Origin: a virus
Virus record (IMG/VR): IMGVR_UViG_3300049489_000993
Location: 25,457 to 89,456 of that record
DNA: 64,000 bases
Direction: 5' to 3' (one strand)
The notes under the pieces are model-generated. The model did not search any database. It was not told the DNA's origin and saw only the letters and a list, made by a program, of their open reading frames with translations. The translations under genes and the position numbers were made by a program. Shown here in pieces: positions 63,443 to 64,000 of this stretch (the first letter of the stretch is position 1; each line of letters starts with the position of its first letter).

Positions 63443-63647
63443 CGAGATTGTCTAACGCGCGCCGCAGCGGAGTAGCGTTCCCGGTCTCCAACGATTCCCG
63501 CGCCGCGGCTTCCAATGTCTTGCGGCGGCGCTGCTCAACGGCGAGCTGGCGCTCCAAGATGCGCAGACCATCGGCGAGGCACTGCAAGCGGTCGCTGGAG
63601 TCGACGGCCCGCGGGTGGCCGTCCTCATCGAGGTAGTAAGCCGTCAT
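63432..63647 (-). CDS. Hypothetical protein
   Basis: MTAYYLDEDGHP...; ATGA overlap. Confidence 0.5.
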   Translation of the reverse strand: MTAYYLDEDGHPRAVDSSDRLQCLADGLRILERQLAVEQRRRKTLEAAARESLETGNATPLRRALDNLDGL

Positions 63648-64000
63648 TCGGCAGAGCCGCCTGCGTCGTCGTCCTCGGTTTGGGCGAAGTCCCCCTCGCC
63701 GCGCGCCCATTGCTCGGCCACAATCAGCAACTTGGACTTGGGGCCGGGCTTGGGGAGAATCGCGGTGCGAGAGCGGTGGGCCTCGCGTGCAAACAGCTCG
63801 CCGCAGCCGGCGTAGCGGCACCGCTCGGAAACGCAGAGCTGCCCCGAGGAGTCTTGGAGCTGCGCGCACATCTCGATCGCCAAGGTGGACCAACGGCGCT
63901 TGCAATGGACTTCCCCATCGCGCACCGCTTCACGTAGCCATGGGGGGCGGGGGTCCGGGCGGGCGTGCTTGGGGATAGGGGGCAGCTCAATCGGGGTGCG
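63644..64000 (-). CDS. Hypothetical Cys-containing protein (5' end outside window)
   Basis: Frame open from window edge: RTPIELPPIPKH...WLREAVRDGEVHCKRRW...C...C..CRYAGCG. Confidence 0.45.
   Translation of the reverse strand, partial: RTPIELPPIPKHARPDPRPPWLREAVRDGEVHCKRRWSTLAIEMCAQLQDSSGQLCVSERCRYAGCGELFAREAHRSRTAILPKPGPKSKLLIVAEQWARGEGDFAQTEDDDAGGSAE

Larger units (their letters stand above)
1..64000 (-). mobile_element. Myovirus (contractile-tail phage) genome segment, SPO1/Twort-like morphogenesis architecture, high GC
   Basis: Co-oriented, tightly packed minus-strand genes with many ATGA/GTGA overlaps: terminase, portal, protease, scaffold, MCP, neck, sheath, tube, tape measure, baseplate, fibre. 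No host housekeeping genes, integrase or att site seen. Confidence 0.95.

Noticed and set aside
1-64000. tRNA, rRNA, CRISPR array, integrase/att site, small terminase
   Set aside because: No cloverleaf, repeat-spacer array or recombinase motifs recognised, and intergenic gaps are short. TerS could not be assigned by eye; a tRNAscan/HMM run would be needed to exclude these.

Overview
The whole window is a segment of a GC-rich (roughly two-thirds G+C, estimated by eye) tailed myophage genome, with essentially all real genes on the minus strand. Reading in the direction of transcription (right to left), it has four parts. (1) An early/middle region, ~64000-51600: beta-clamp-like protein, patatin phospholipase, HTH and AbrB-like regulators, DUF5664 dNTP pyrophosphohydrolase, DNA methyltransferase, deoxynucleoside kinase and many small ORFs. 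(2) Peptidase M15A endolysin and TerL (with a LAGLIDADG intein), followed by a head module: three very large multidomain 'polyvalent' proteins (LPD1 zincin; Dps/ferritin plus His-Ala repeats; SNF2 helicase with intein plus inorganic pyrophosphatase), portal, gpF-like protein, prohead protease, acidic scaffold and an SPO1/Twort-type major capsid protein. (3) Decoration/fibre genes, a holin-like gene and a stand-alone MshEN-like protein. (4) Neck, sheath, tube, +1-frameshifted tail chaperone, tape measure, baseplate and tail fibre. The most striking observation is in the SNF2 helicase intein. It has no in-frame homing endonuclease. Instead, a complete Zn-finger/DUF559(Vsr)-type endonuclease ORF is overprinted inside it in the +1 frame, with its own SD/TTG start and TAG stop. 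Second, the head-module proteins share a K|(S/A/G) putative protease-processing motif and recurring short peptide motifs, suggesting a processed, virion-packaged polyprotein cargo system. All assignments come from motif recognition by eye; no database searches were run.
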